Of a stretch of 64,000 nt of DNA, positions 23,966 to 36,657 are shown in pieces. The position numbers and the translations under genes were made by a program. Numbering within the stretch: the stretch's first letter is position 1; each line of letters opens with the position of its first letter. Below the pieces are notes generated by a model that had not been told where the DNA came from, did not search any database, and saw nothing but the letters and a program-made list of their open reading frames with translations. The stretch is from Haliotis rufescens (Eukaryota): NCBI RefSeq assembly GCF_023055435.1, contig NW_025964112.1, positions 57,164,001 through 57,228,000 of the forward strand, read 5' to 3'.

Positions 23966-26900
23966 CTGGAAGGAGATAACAGGCATTGTGGAGGATGAGA
24001 AGAGGATAAAAACAACGACAAACAGTAACCTGAAGTACAGGGTGGTAGTTATGGAAGGACAATTGACATGTGGTGGGTGAGGGGGCCTCTCCATGTTCAC
24101 ATCACACTGGTACCCTAAGGAATTGTTTTAAGACCAAAGCTATGCCAATGATTTTCTTTTCTTTTCTTTCTTTCCTATTTGTTACGAGGGGTGGCTGAAA
24201 GGTTTTGAGCCTAACTATGATGGACTGCAATGATGGAGTTGGTTCCTTGGTCCCACACGCAAGTCACAGATCCTCACCATCAGAACTGATCCGATTGCTT
24301 CCTACCACAAACAGTATAGTGCATGGGAACTATTGTAACACTGGTCCCAAGGGGGTCAGATTAGGTGAGATTATATAGTTATACTATTAATCTCTCATAC
24401 AGAACCTGAAGAACTATCTGAAAGCGCCTTAGCAGCTCTACACCATGCTTGCAAGTCTGCATTCTGAGAGATACCTTGCTCTCATTTGTGTGCACAGAAA
24501 GACACTATATAAAAAATACTTCAAATATTTTCAGTTCAGAGACTAAATATTGGTATCATATACAATAGTGGGGAGGTGGAATGAGGTTAAACGTCACGTT
24601 GAAAATGGTTACACTTACATTTATCTACATGTGTATGTGAGTGTGGCTGCTTGTACTCGTCTGGACAAATGGCAATTTTATAATGCTAGCTCACTGAGAC
24701 ACCATGCCACAGTTTAACATGAATACCCCACTCAGACACAATATACAGACTCTGAGCTGACCAGTCCTTGGTCTAGACCCTCAATGCTGAGTGACAGGCA
24801 GGGTAACCACAAGTACCATCTTTTAACATCTTTTGGAATTGCGCGGACAGGGATCGAACCCCCGACCTTCCACTGTCTGAGCAGATATTCTACACTCTAC
24901 TAGACCACGGAGCTGGTCTCTTATACAATGACACCGAGGTGCAAATATTTAGTGCAAATGGGAAACATGCTCTATTTGAAATGAGGCCCTTTTGTATGGT
25001 GTGGCTAAAATGTTAAGTGCCTTATTATGATGGACTGCGTTGATGGCCTTGGTTGCTAATTAGTTTTCATAATCCTCTCTGAGGTCCACACACTTCTGCC
25101 AACAATGCCAGAGTGGATCCAACCGGTGTAGAAGGCTGCCTCCTGGTAATGTATCTTCTGTTTGTTTGTTTGTTTGTTTGTTTGTTGAACGCCACACTCA
25201 GCAATATTCCAGCTTTATGACGGCGGTCTGTAAATAATCGAGTCTGGACCAGACAATCCAGAGATTGACATCATGAGCATCGATCCACGCAGTTGGGCTA
25301 CGATGACATGCATCAACCAAGTCAGACATCTATCTTCTGACCACCATTGGGCTTCAACTAAGGTTACTAACTCAATGTGTGACCAGGAACAAGCATGTGA
25401 CGTCACATCAAACATGATGACATCATGACACTCAGTACAGGCCCCTCACTTGTACAATACTTTTACAAACTGGCAACTGGCCAATCAGATAGCTAGATTC
25501 TTTAGCGGGAAATCATAATGTTAATGTGTTATACAAGACCTTTCGTAATAGGGAAACAGATGATCACAATAATCTCTTAAGGTTACATGTTCAAAAATAA
25601 CATAATATTTATAAAATAATCAAAGTTCAAAACATATTTTCACACTGTTACTATTGAGCTAGCTGTCTAGTCGCCATCTTGCTGTGATGAGTGACCTAGT
25701 CAGTCAGTCAAGTAAAGCTGTTGCGCTTTACAATTTCAGTGTTGATTTGATTGTTGATCATATTGTGCATAGTCTTCTCTTCTAGGTAACACAATAATCG
25801 AAATACATTCCTGCTGTATGATAAATGGGGCAGTTTACTGTTGTGAAACGTCCTTGACCTTTCCTAACTCCAGCACTGTATAGTAGTTATTAAAGCCACT
25901 TCAGTTCAGAAAGTGAAAGTATGTCTCTAACTTTGATTTGTTTAATAAAGACATCATGTTACAAAAATACCCATATTTGTTTCCATACCATAAATATCAT
26001 AGATCGTTTTTTCCTAAAAAATGATATTAATATTATATATGACCATTAATGATATGGTATACTGTTTTGTTTGTGAACCGTATTCCCTTATACATTGTAT
26101 ACCTTATTTGTGTCCAAAACATTTTTTACTAAGTGAATTCTGATCTCACTTTACATAACTTTAAAAAACGATGCTGCAAATTATGGCAAAATGTTAAAAA
26201 ATTTCAATTTGAAGTTTATACCATATACAGGTTTTTCATTGGACGATAGGTCGGTCACATGACCGCGAAAGAGACGCTCGTAAGTGTATGAACGACACAA
26301 CTTGACGTTCATACATTTTTCACGAGACCATGTTCTTGAAATGACGTACCGGTAAACACTGGCGGACTACTTCCACATTACTTGGGAAACCCCTAGGAAT
26401 TCCCTAGCAGGAATAAATGTTTCTCATCATTTAGACCCTTTACTTGGCGTTTTAGCATACATTGGGATAAGTCAGAGTTTGATTGCATGTCTGTTGAGCA
26501 TGTTGAGCATACATAAGCTAATGTCACCTCTTGTTTTGGGGAACTATTTTATTCTGCAATACAGCTGGTTGTTGTAAGGTTGTCAGTGTAACCATGAAGT
26601 CACACATACTTAATATACTTGTGAATGTAGATCAAGGTCTACGTCCTTTGAGTAAAAGTAGTGATATAAAAAAATTATAAGAATTGACTTTCACTTTGTG
26701 AGAGTTCATTGGAGTATGAGCCTTCATAGAGTGAGGACCAAACTGTATGAACGTCGTCACGTTCTGAAGCTCTGACGTTCATACAGTTTGGCCCTCACTC
26801 TATGAAGGTTCATACTCCAATGAACTCTTACAAAGTGACAGTATATTCTTAATAACAATTAACCCGATTCACAGTTTTACAGCATTGGATTGAAATAACT

Positions 26901-28479
26901 GAACTTTTGCAATAAAAAAAGTATTACCCAAAGACACATTTATTTCAAACAATGTTAATTGTATTTTCTGTTACATCAGGCATATTTTAGACGTAAAATT
27001 ACCACCCCATGGGCATTCCGGCTTAGAACAGATACCCCCTCCCCCTACAACTTAGGTTGGTCATAAGGGGTGACTTACTTGATCAGGAGGTCAGGTTAGG
27101 TGACCTGGTTGATTGCCTGTCATCTTACCCCAACGGTGTTGGTTGATGCCCACAATATCAACCACTGGATTGTCTGGGACAGACTATTATTACTTACATA
27201 CCACTGTCTATAATATGGCAGAGTGCGGTGTTAAACAACAAACAAACAAACATAACATTACCCTGAACAAGCGCAGATACATTTTTTTGGGAAAAGGACG
27301 TATGCGTTTTGTGAGCACAAGTTCAACATTAGTGCTATATAAATGCAAGAAATCCTAAAAAAAAATGCATTTGGTGGTCATGTTATTTTTATCGAAACAT
27401 ATCACAAAATGAATTTATAATAGTTTACTTATAAATTCCAATATAGATAATAAGTATGACCCTCCAACCCTCTCTGGACCCGAGAATGCTGAAATAGCAA
27501 TGACCTTGGGTTTCAGTAATCTACCAGTAATATCTAGAGTTACAGCCATGCAAATGTGTTCACATGTAGGTGAAGGACTATCTATTTCAGATAACACACA
27601 CGTATATGATTTTCTCTCTGTTCACACATGTTATACAATACACATTGATTTTATTATAAAAATATGTAAGCTGCGTCATGATCCGGTAGTATTGATTTCA
27701 TATCACCCTATCCCCTGTTATGAAATATCTAGCAACTAAATTGCGATCATTGCATAATTCATGCATAATATCTACTGGATCCGGAAGCTAATAACACACG
27801 TTGGGATTACTTGTAAGAAAATAGGTCCCCAGTAACCTGTGCTTGTTGGTAGAGGTGACAGAATGGATCAGGTGATCGGCCATCATGATTGGACTTGGAT
27901 TGGCATGTCATTGTATCCAAACAAATTACAATAAAAAAACCCAAACAAGTACATTTTAATTACTCCACCACTTTGCTTCTTCTAGATTACTCTAACGTGC
28001 CTGAATAAACATTTATTTTCCAAGGCTTATTACCCTGAAGCCATGACATGTATATGTCTAGAATCACATAATTACCATCACTAATAAGATGTAAATCCCC
28101 ATTGTTAATCCCCATTGTATTACACATTGACTATCAGCCATCCTGAAATAGTTGTACAGCTATGTCACTTGTCATTATTACTGTTGTTTATATTGATGAC
28201 TTAATCCTTGTCAGATGACCGTACCCAATATATAACCCTTGGTCCAGAGATGAAAGACAAGAGATGCTTTTCCTTACAAGGTTTGGGCTGGAGCTCCAGG
28301 GTGTCAACACAGCAACCTATTCCACTATGTGCTGACCTTGTACATAGTGTTCCTTGCATATATATATTTATTATATTTATAAAGTAAAATTTGTACACCA
28401 TAATCCATCGACTTGATGTAATCACTACAGAGAACCATATACCGCCCCCTTTGCATATAGGTATATGCATTTATCATCC

Positions 28480-28875
28480 AAAACTGGCTCCCACAGGAGA
28501 TATCGCTTGGCTGAGATCAAGCGATATCTATACTATAGATGAAATTGCATCACAATGTTTTGCAGACCATTGTGACATCATTGGTTACCATGATGTCACA
28601 ATCAAATGACATCACTAATGGCTGTGCTACTGAAGCTGTTGGCAGTACTTTTTACACTTAAGACATGGCTTATAACGTTCTACAAACTGAAAAAGTTGGA
28701 AGAATGATGTTGGATGATAAATAAAATCTCACCCTCGTGTCTTTTGATATCAAATATATCAACACTCGTTGATAAAAGTGGAAAAAAATCCTCGGCAAGC
28801 CTCGGAGTTTTCCTACTTTTATCAACTCGTGTTGATATATTTGATATCAAAAGATACTCGGGTGAGATTCTCTAT
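28480..28875 (+). mobile_element. Non-autonomous element ending in a ~145-bp palindrome (28725-28870)
   Basis: Arms AATCTCACCCTCGTGTCTTTTGATATCAAATATATCAACAC and GTGTTGATATATTTGATATCAAAAGATACTCGGGTGAGATT; inverted homolog at 3640-3975. Confidence 0.7.
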
Positions 28876-29291
28876 ATATTCATATTCACTGTCATGTGTC
28901 CTTGCCCCATACAACATGCCTGTTGAAAGTTGCATCCCTTTGGCAAGCCAGGATCATCCTCTTTAGTATGTGAGCACCACACCCATGCTCATGAGTTTCA
29001 TCGAATAGGTAAACAGTGAGACAAGCGAACTCTTAAACCACTAGCTACCACACCACCTCTGACACATGAAATAAGGTTGGTTAGTTGGTTGTTTAGCGCT
29101 GCACTCAGCAATATTCCAGCTATATGACGGCGGTCTGTAAATAATCGAGTCTGGACCAGACAATCCAGTGATTGATATCATGATCATCAATAAACGCAAT
29201 TGGGATTGATGACATGCTTCAACCAAGTCAGCGAGCCTGACATGAAATAAGGAAGTTATTGTTACATATATATATATTCATATGAACTCAC

Positions 29292-29396
29292 CTGTTTGAC
29301 ATGTGGGTCCAAGCCAGCCATCTGTACAACTGCAGTTGCCAGTACCATTCATACATGTTCCGTTGTTTTCACAGGTCACGTTCACACAAGCATCAA
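29292..29396 (-). CDS. EGF exon 1: VDACVNVTCENNGTCMNGTGNCSCTDGWLGPTCQT
   Basis: Manual translation (absent from the ORF track); TTTTCAG acceptor, G|GTGAGT donor, 105 bp, phase 1-1, 6 Cys. Confidence 0.88.
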
Positions 29397-31914
29397 CTGA
29401 AAACAACAACATAAATCACTGACATTGGGATTTCAGGGGATTTCAGCATAGAATATAAACTCTTGACATCTGATACTGGTCATAGAAGTCAACTGGGCAT
29501 TGGATGTCCAAAATGGCTGAAATATTGGCAGACTGACTGAATGAACCTAGGGTAAGGAGTGTGGCATCATAACCCAGACAGTGCCTTATCATTACTCCTT
29601 ATGAAATCTTAGCATTATAAGGACCTAGTTGCTGTCCTGTGAAAATGAATGCAATTTACATTAACTGACCTGCCTTTTCAGATATTAATACACCATAATG
29701 TTCGATGTGATGGCACTCACAAAGTCACAATCAGTTTTATTCTATGGGCCATAAGATAGATATATAACCCACAGGGACACGGATATGGGTGATATTGTTT
29801 TCTGTAATTCTCACTTATCATTGTTATTTTTGCTTCAGGCTGACTGGCTAGGTTGTTCCAATTGCTCCATTGTTTACATTGTTTGTGAAGAAGTAGCAAT
29901 GTAATGTCACAGGATTTTTTGTTTGTTTGTTTCTTGTTGAATGCTGTACTCAGCAATATTCCAGCTATATGATGACGGTCATTAAATAATCAAGTCTGGA
30001 CCAGACAATCCAGTGATTGATATCTCAATAATCAAGTCTTTGCCAGACAATCTAGTGATTGACATCATGAGCCTCGATCTATAAGTTGGATAAGATGACA
30101 TGCATCAAATAACTCAGCAAGCCTGACCACCCAAACTTGATCTTACGACAAGCACAGTCACGTTTTACGGCAAGCATTGGTTGTTGAAGACCTATTCTAC
30201 CCAGGATCTTCATGGGGGGATATCATAAGAACACACTAAAGATGTCATTCAGTGTTCATGACATCACAAATGATTTGATGTCATGTCATTCCAATAATAT
30301 AGTAACTGAGTGATGTCTCCACTTGAGATCAGGAAACTGAAATTTTTTGCCTTTTCTCAGAAAAAAGACTAAGGGTAATGTAAAGAATAACCTAATTGCA
30401 ACTTGGAAGTCCAGATTATCTGTCCCGCTTGAAATTTATGTTGAATGTTCCTCTCCAAGGCTTTGAATTTACAGAATGAAGTCACTTGGAACAGATAATC
30501 TGTGATTCATCAAAAATGTCACACAAGCATTTCCCCAAACCTTTCTTTGGTAATAATTAATTTCTGTCTTAGGGTGAACATGATCCATCAGTTGACCCTC
30601 CCCCCCCGACAATGACATGGTGCAAGTTTCAAAGTGTATCTGTTACTGGAGTGTAATTTTTTGTTTGTATTTCTCAAGGGTAATTATACCCATGGAACAG
30701 TTTTTAATAGGAAAGTGTTTCCACAATCCATTTACACTGGGAATATTTGTTCCAGATGGAACGAAGACCATTTGGAACTGATCATCATAAAAATTATAAT
30801 GTCAGTTCCATGGTGAAATTGGGTTAACGTCCTGTCCATGATTATTACACTAATAGAGTGACGTGAATGCACATGTGGGTTTGGCATGGCTGCTTGTACT
30901 AGTCTGGACTAATGCTGATTTTATAGTGCTAGCCCACCGAGATACCATGCCCGAACTGTGAACCTTTGCTCTCCGGGCCGACGTTCTAACACTAGAACAA
31001 GGAGGAGGTCAGTTCCATATAGAGCATGACGGCATTAAGGTCATGTCAAGTGAGCACGACCGCATTAAGGTCACGTCAAGTAAACTTCCTAATCAGCCAA
31101 TCAGCATCAAGGAAAATAAATTCTCAGTATGAGTGAGTGAAGCATTCAGAACTGCCTGCATAATCTGTATCTCAAGAAATAACATAAACGAGGACTTCTA
31201 ACTGCTAAAAAATAAAACGCCACAATTTTGTTTTGGATAAGTTATACACCCTGTCATTTCCAAGCAGCAGGGTATCTACACTCAAGGGAGTACAATTTAA
31301 GGAACGTTTGTGTTCTAAGTGTGTTTTCATTGCGATTGTAAAGAACTGAAGCCAAATCATCTCAGAAAAATGACATCTGATCTACGCAACCTTCCTTTAG
31401 AATGGATGGTCAAAGTTCACTCAGAGTTCACTTGACCTGATGTCCTATGAAGGAAGGGTCAGATCTTGATACAGAGAAGTATCCTATCAGAGTGAAATGT
31501 GACCCACTGGTGTAGCTGTGCAGAGTTGTGTCCCTTAGCCATACCAGAATCTGCTGACTGAGTCTTGGATTCCTACGTGCCCTGATTATGACAACTCCAT
31601 CTTGTACTCATGGTGTTCACCAACCAGGTTGAACTTCTGTGACCTCCATATTCTCCCCACTGAACTGTCAAGCTTAATTACTCACTGCACAGCAAACAAA
31701 CTTAGAGGTAACCCATTGCTGTATACTTGCTGAAGGTAAAATATTTCTTTTTTTGAGACATGGGGTCAGAGTGGCACAAACTGGTAATTCTGTATTAAGA
31801 GTGTGTGGGTTACAGATGATTTTTACTGACAAAAACCTTCCAAAAACTCTTCCAATGATTCTAAAAAGTGCGAATAAATTGCTGACTGTTATAGTTTCAG
31901 ATGATGTATGACTG

Positions 31915-32195
31915 AATGAGGGTGTGAGTTGTGTTTCACACTGCTTTTAACAATATTCCAGTTATGTCACAGCATATCAGCTTGATCTGGGATGGAAACC
32001 CGAAGTGAAGCAGGACCTAGACGTTTACCACTTTATTGAAACCCACGAGCACGGGCATGGGGCTGACAGACCTAGAAACATAATTCGGGGTGAATCAGGA
32101 TTCGAACCCATGATCATAGGTTTTTTGGTGTGCGAAGAGATGTACCTCTGCACAGCTATTGTGATGCCTTGGACGACTGGGCTACACCTGCCCCC
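31915..32195 (-). mobile_element. tRNA-headed SINE, family D; partial copies ~11682-11850 and ~33420-33650
   Basis: Reverse complement begins GGGGCAGGTGTAGCCCAGTCG and carries a GGTTCGAATCC B box; three related copies. Confidence 0.6.
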
Positions 32196-32515
32196 TATTT
32201 CAGATAATGTATGACTGTCAATCTATACAAAATATCAAAAAGTATGGTGGATATATGTTCAGACTAACATTTAAATAAAACACACAAACCAAACAACTAA
32301 TGAAGTTCCAGAGTAGAATAGGTCCTCAGCAACCCCTGCTTGACATAAAAGGTGCCTATGCTTGTCATGAGAGACGACTAACGGGATCAGGTGGTCAGGC
32401 TCACTGACTTGGTTGATGCATTTCATCGTATCCCAATATGATAGATGCTCATGATGTCATTCACTAGATTGTCTGGCCGAGACTCGATCATTGAGAGACC
32501 GCCGACATATACATA

Positions 32516-32690
32516 CAGTAAACTATGGTTATAACGAACACGCTTATAACGAACTGACGGATATAACGAACTACTTTTTTGGTCCCGACTATTTGCTGTA
32601 GTTATGCTGTATATATGCTTATAACGAACTACGGTTAAAACGAACTAAAATTTGTAGTCCCTTTGAGTTCGTTATAGCCGTACTTTACTG
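32516..32690. mobile_element. 175-bp Tc1/pogo-type MITE inserted into a family B element
   Basis: 24-bp TIRs (CAGTAAACTATGGTTATAACGAAC / CAGTAAAGTACGGCTATAACGAAC), TA on both sides, internal TATAACGAAC repeats. Confidence 0.88.
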
Positions 32691-32801
32691 TATATATAGA
32701 GAGTGCGGCGTTAAATAACAACAAACAAACACATACCAAACATGCCAAGATAAGTTTCAATATTTTACTCATCTACCAGCCAACATATGCTGACTGATAA
32801 A

Positions 32802-33195
32802 CTAACGAAGCTTTAAAATTAAACTGTAGGCGTTTCCCAAGTTGATAATGTAGAACCTTGTTCAGGAAGCAACGATGTGTCATCTCTCGATCAATGTAGA
32901 TAACACATGTGAATATGACACAGGGTGTTTTTTATAAAATGTTATGTACAAAATCCACACGCCAATCAGCGATCAGGTATTATTGCTCTCTGCTGCGCTA
33001 ACGAAGCTTTAAAATTAAACTGTAGGCGTTTCCCAAGTTGATGATGTAGAACCTTGTTCAGGAAGCAACGATGTGTCATCTCTCGATCAATGTAGATAAC
33101 ACATGTGAATATGACACAGGGTGTTTTTTATAAAATGTTATGTACAAAATCCACACGCCAATCAGCGATCAGGTATTATTGCTCTCTGCTGCGCT
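32802..33195. repeat. 196-bp tandem duplication (2 near-identical copies)
   Basis: CTAACGAAGCTTTAAAATT starts at 32802 and 32998. Confidence 0.93.
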
Positions 33196-34437
33196 CGATA
33201 CAATTGTCCAACCACCAGCTGTTAAACTGTCTGTACTTTCATCACAATTAGGTTGATTTGAAGTTTGCAGGTGATTGATGCATTGCAATGGGTTGAGTCA
33301 CACATGCTTACAATCTATCTAATCAAGGCACAGCCAGATACCATCATAGCAGACAATCTGTCAGGGTGACGCCCGGTTCAGTCACACTAGTTATCAGATA
33401 AGTCAGTGTGAAAATGTGTAGTGAGGGTGTGGGTTGGGTTTGAACCGCTTTGAACGTTATTCCAGTTTGGTGTGTCAGTGTAATGTGGAAGGAAAGCACA
33501 AAGTGATGCAGGTCTTAGACATTTACAACTTTAGTAACACCCAAGAAAATGGTGCTGACAAACCTAGGAACAGAATCTGGGCGAAATTGGATTCGAACCC
33601 ATGATCGTAGGTTTCTGGTGAGCCCAAGGGATGCAACTCTGCACAGCGAATTCGAGTGAAAGACAAAATATATCGTTGGATCAGGTTTTCAGACGTCATA
33701 CGTTTTTGGACGGCCATGTTTATTGCAAATACTCACACAATGACGAGGTGTAGCATCATACAGACATTGTAAATACTTAGATGATGGCTTGTTTTTAAAA
33801 GAAAGTTGTTTGTTAAAAGTGAATGAGATGTTTTACAGATTAGGGAGAAAACTACACGTTTCTTAAGCGTCCGAAAACCCATAACACCGGAATATATATA
33901 TTGTAAACTGGTAAATATTTACGAACAAAATTACATGGCCTGAGGATGAATGTACTGGTTGATCAATAAATAAATATGAAAAACTGAAGACAACATGGTG
34001 GTGACTGGTAATATAATATGACAGGCATCTAAAGTTCTAACCCCAACAAATGCATGCCAGGTTAGAATTGGTCCCCTCTGTGATCTCGTGATTGCGTGTC
34101 ATCGTGCCCCGATGGTGTGGATTGCTGCTAGCAATATTAATCACTGTCATATACTGTTGTCATCATATAGCTGGAATACTGTTAAGCATTAAACATAAAA
34201 TAAAAAATAAAGTTCTAATAATGAGTTTTATGGTCTTTTTTTCACTATCAAATACCCTGGTTCTCTACCTAAAAACAAAAGGTGTGAAATATGATCACAC
34301 CAAAAAGTATGCACTATGTCCTATTTGAAAGAAAAAAAATGTAATCAGAAACAAAACCATAACGTATCAACATGAATTTGACTTTGCAGTCACGACTTTA
34401 GACCCTCCACACCTCCTATATGACCTCATTGCACAAT

Positions 34438-34591
34438 AGGGGCGGTCAGGTAGCCTAGTGGTTAAAGCGTTCGCTCGTCACGCTGAAGACCCGAGTTTGA
34501 TTCCCGACATGGGTACAAATTGTGAAGCCCATTTCTGGTGTCCCCCGCCGTGATATTGCTGGAATATTGCTAAAAGCGGCGTAAAACCTCA
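34438..34591 (+). mobile_element. tRNA-derived SINE, family C, with a 13-bp target-site duplication. Other copies ~38318-38482(+), 49437-49500(-, partial), 60150-60310(-), 63565-63732(+)
   Basis: TAGCCTAGTGG A box, GAGTTTGATTCC B box, (ACTC)n tail; TSD CTCATTGCACAAT at 34425-34437 and 34592-34604. Confidence 0.9.
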
Positions 34592-36657
34592 CTCATTGCA
34601 CAATGTCTTTCATATTAGTGGTACATGTCTCATCATATTTGACAATTCATGACATAATGAAGTCACACGCCTATCAGCACTGATGAAAGTTGGTGGGGGG
34701 AGGGGGGGAATCTAGGATTCAACATCATCATTCAATATACATTCTAATGTTCTGACAAGTGTATTCTGCATCCATAAAGAATCGTTCAGAGACAAAAAAT
34801 TGTATGTGTTGAAGTGCCGCCTGAAAAAGATATTCCATATCAAACAAGACCCCTCCCCACCAGAATATTAAATACTCAGTCCCTATCACATCAAAAAGTG
34901 CCATACTTTGACCTACAACAGTTGCAGCACCAAGATGGCCGAGTGGAATGTTACCGTGGTTCTTATCACCATACATGTAAGGATGAGACCTGGCCACTGG
35001 GCTGTTAGTTCGAGGACACTTGAAAGGCTGGGTTATTTTTTCTTTAATATAGTAATGTTACCTTGTGAACTTGTCCAAAAATAACAGGCATTATTATATT
35101 TTCAAGTATTTACACTTAAGTATTCGTCAAGTAGCTATGTGGAACGACAAGACACCTATCTAGATAATGTGCAACAAACCATGGATATTTCATTAAAAGG
35201 GTGCAAAATTCAAACTTAATATTTGAAAACATAAATGGTAGTTTCACCTTCGGGGAAAAGCAGCACTGTGTTTTACAAGAGTGCTTATGGTCCGAATTCA
35301 GTGGCTTATATATGTCAAGTAAAATACTAAAATGTGTAAAAATTATACTGGCTATAGTGTGTATCCTATTCCAGAGATTATTCTGGAAAACTGTGTTGAA
35401 TTAAAGATAGCAAAAACTCAGGTTAAGTTTCTAATTGAATATTCAATTACTAAGTTGTTTAATTCTTAACCAACCAAATGCCCAAATTTTGTTTAAATGT
35501 CCTGTAGGGAAGTCCAGAGAAACCTACCTAGCAATCCCACATCCAGAAATGTTATAGGTGTGACTAGCAACAACAAAGTTTCACAATACTGAACTTGAAC
35601 TTCTAAATCACAAAATGGCCCAACCTTCTTTTCATGTTGTGTGACCAAATCTAATAAATCTAATCTCAGTGTTGACCTTGGATGAAGGTCCTAAGAAGAT
35701 TGTTTGCACACAATCTTTGTAAATGTTTGAACACATAGACTTCCTGGAGAGGCAACCACGCTTTCTGGGTGCAGTACAACGACCCATGATCTCTCGTGGA
35801 TTGAAACAATTTACCGTAGATGACCGCGTATAAGCCGAATTTTGAGGACCAGAAAAAAGATTCTGTAGAAAGGGGTCGGCTTATCCACGGGATACACTTT
35901 CATGATAGTATTTTTCCGATCGTGATCTGTCAGAAACATCGCCTGAATGACGGTCCGATAGATTAAAACTTCCCGAAAGTTTGGAAGTTGCCACGACAAG
36001 AGCCACTATTGTTATAAATTATCAATAACGTTATTATTATACACCAACGATCATTATGAGATTAAAAAAAACCCACGAGAAACAGCTTCCCACATTATGA
36101 AAGTGGATGACTGGTTTGTTAAATCTTTATTAGAAATAATAACGACTTTTTCAATATAATTACAACGTTTTTCATCTTATATTTTTGAATATACATATAT
36201 CCAGACAAAAATTGACGTATAACATTCTTCTGGTTCAATTATAATACTGTAAATTATGAAATTACAGCATCTCCAAAAGAATGCGACCGCTGGCCCCAAG
36301 CTAAAAATGCGACTCAATATGAATGCGACACCCCGGCCCCTCCTCTCGTTGGTTCGTTCATTCGGAGATTTAACGTGCGCTTTCCGCGTGTAATAAATTA
36401 CACTTTAGCGTATCTCGCACACGGGGAAGCACTTATACTATTGGGGAAAAAAAGCATAATGAATAAATAAAGAAGTGCGACCCAAAAAAATGAAAATTAG
36501 GTAAACCTAAAATGATAATCTAGGGGGGTGGGTTTTGGCTGGGAGGGAGGGGGTGATAAGAGAATAATAATAATATGGAAAAGTTGGGCTTGGGTTGTGG
36601 GGGAGGGGGTCAGGCATGGGAAGGCACAGCGTCGGCTGTGGTGGTGGAAGCTGGAGC

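Larger units (their letters stand above)
12364..27307. repeat. Tandem triplication of a ~5-kb EGF exon cassette: copy 1 12364-17326, copy 2 17327-22768, copy 3 22769-27307
   Basis: TTGTTTCATGATACCAACC starts each copy; same order of exons, SINEs, mariner remnant and palindrome. Confidence 0.95.

Noticed and set aside
768-29396. Naming the gene Notch, Crumbs, Delta/Jagged or fibropellin
   Set aside because: Only generic EGF repeats are visible; diagnostic domains are absent from the window.
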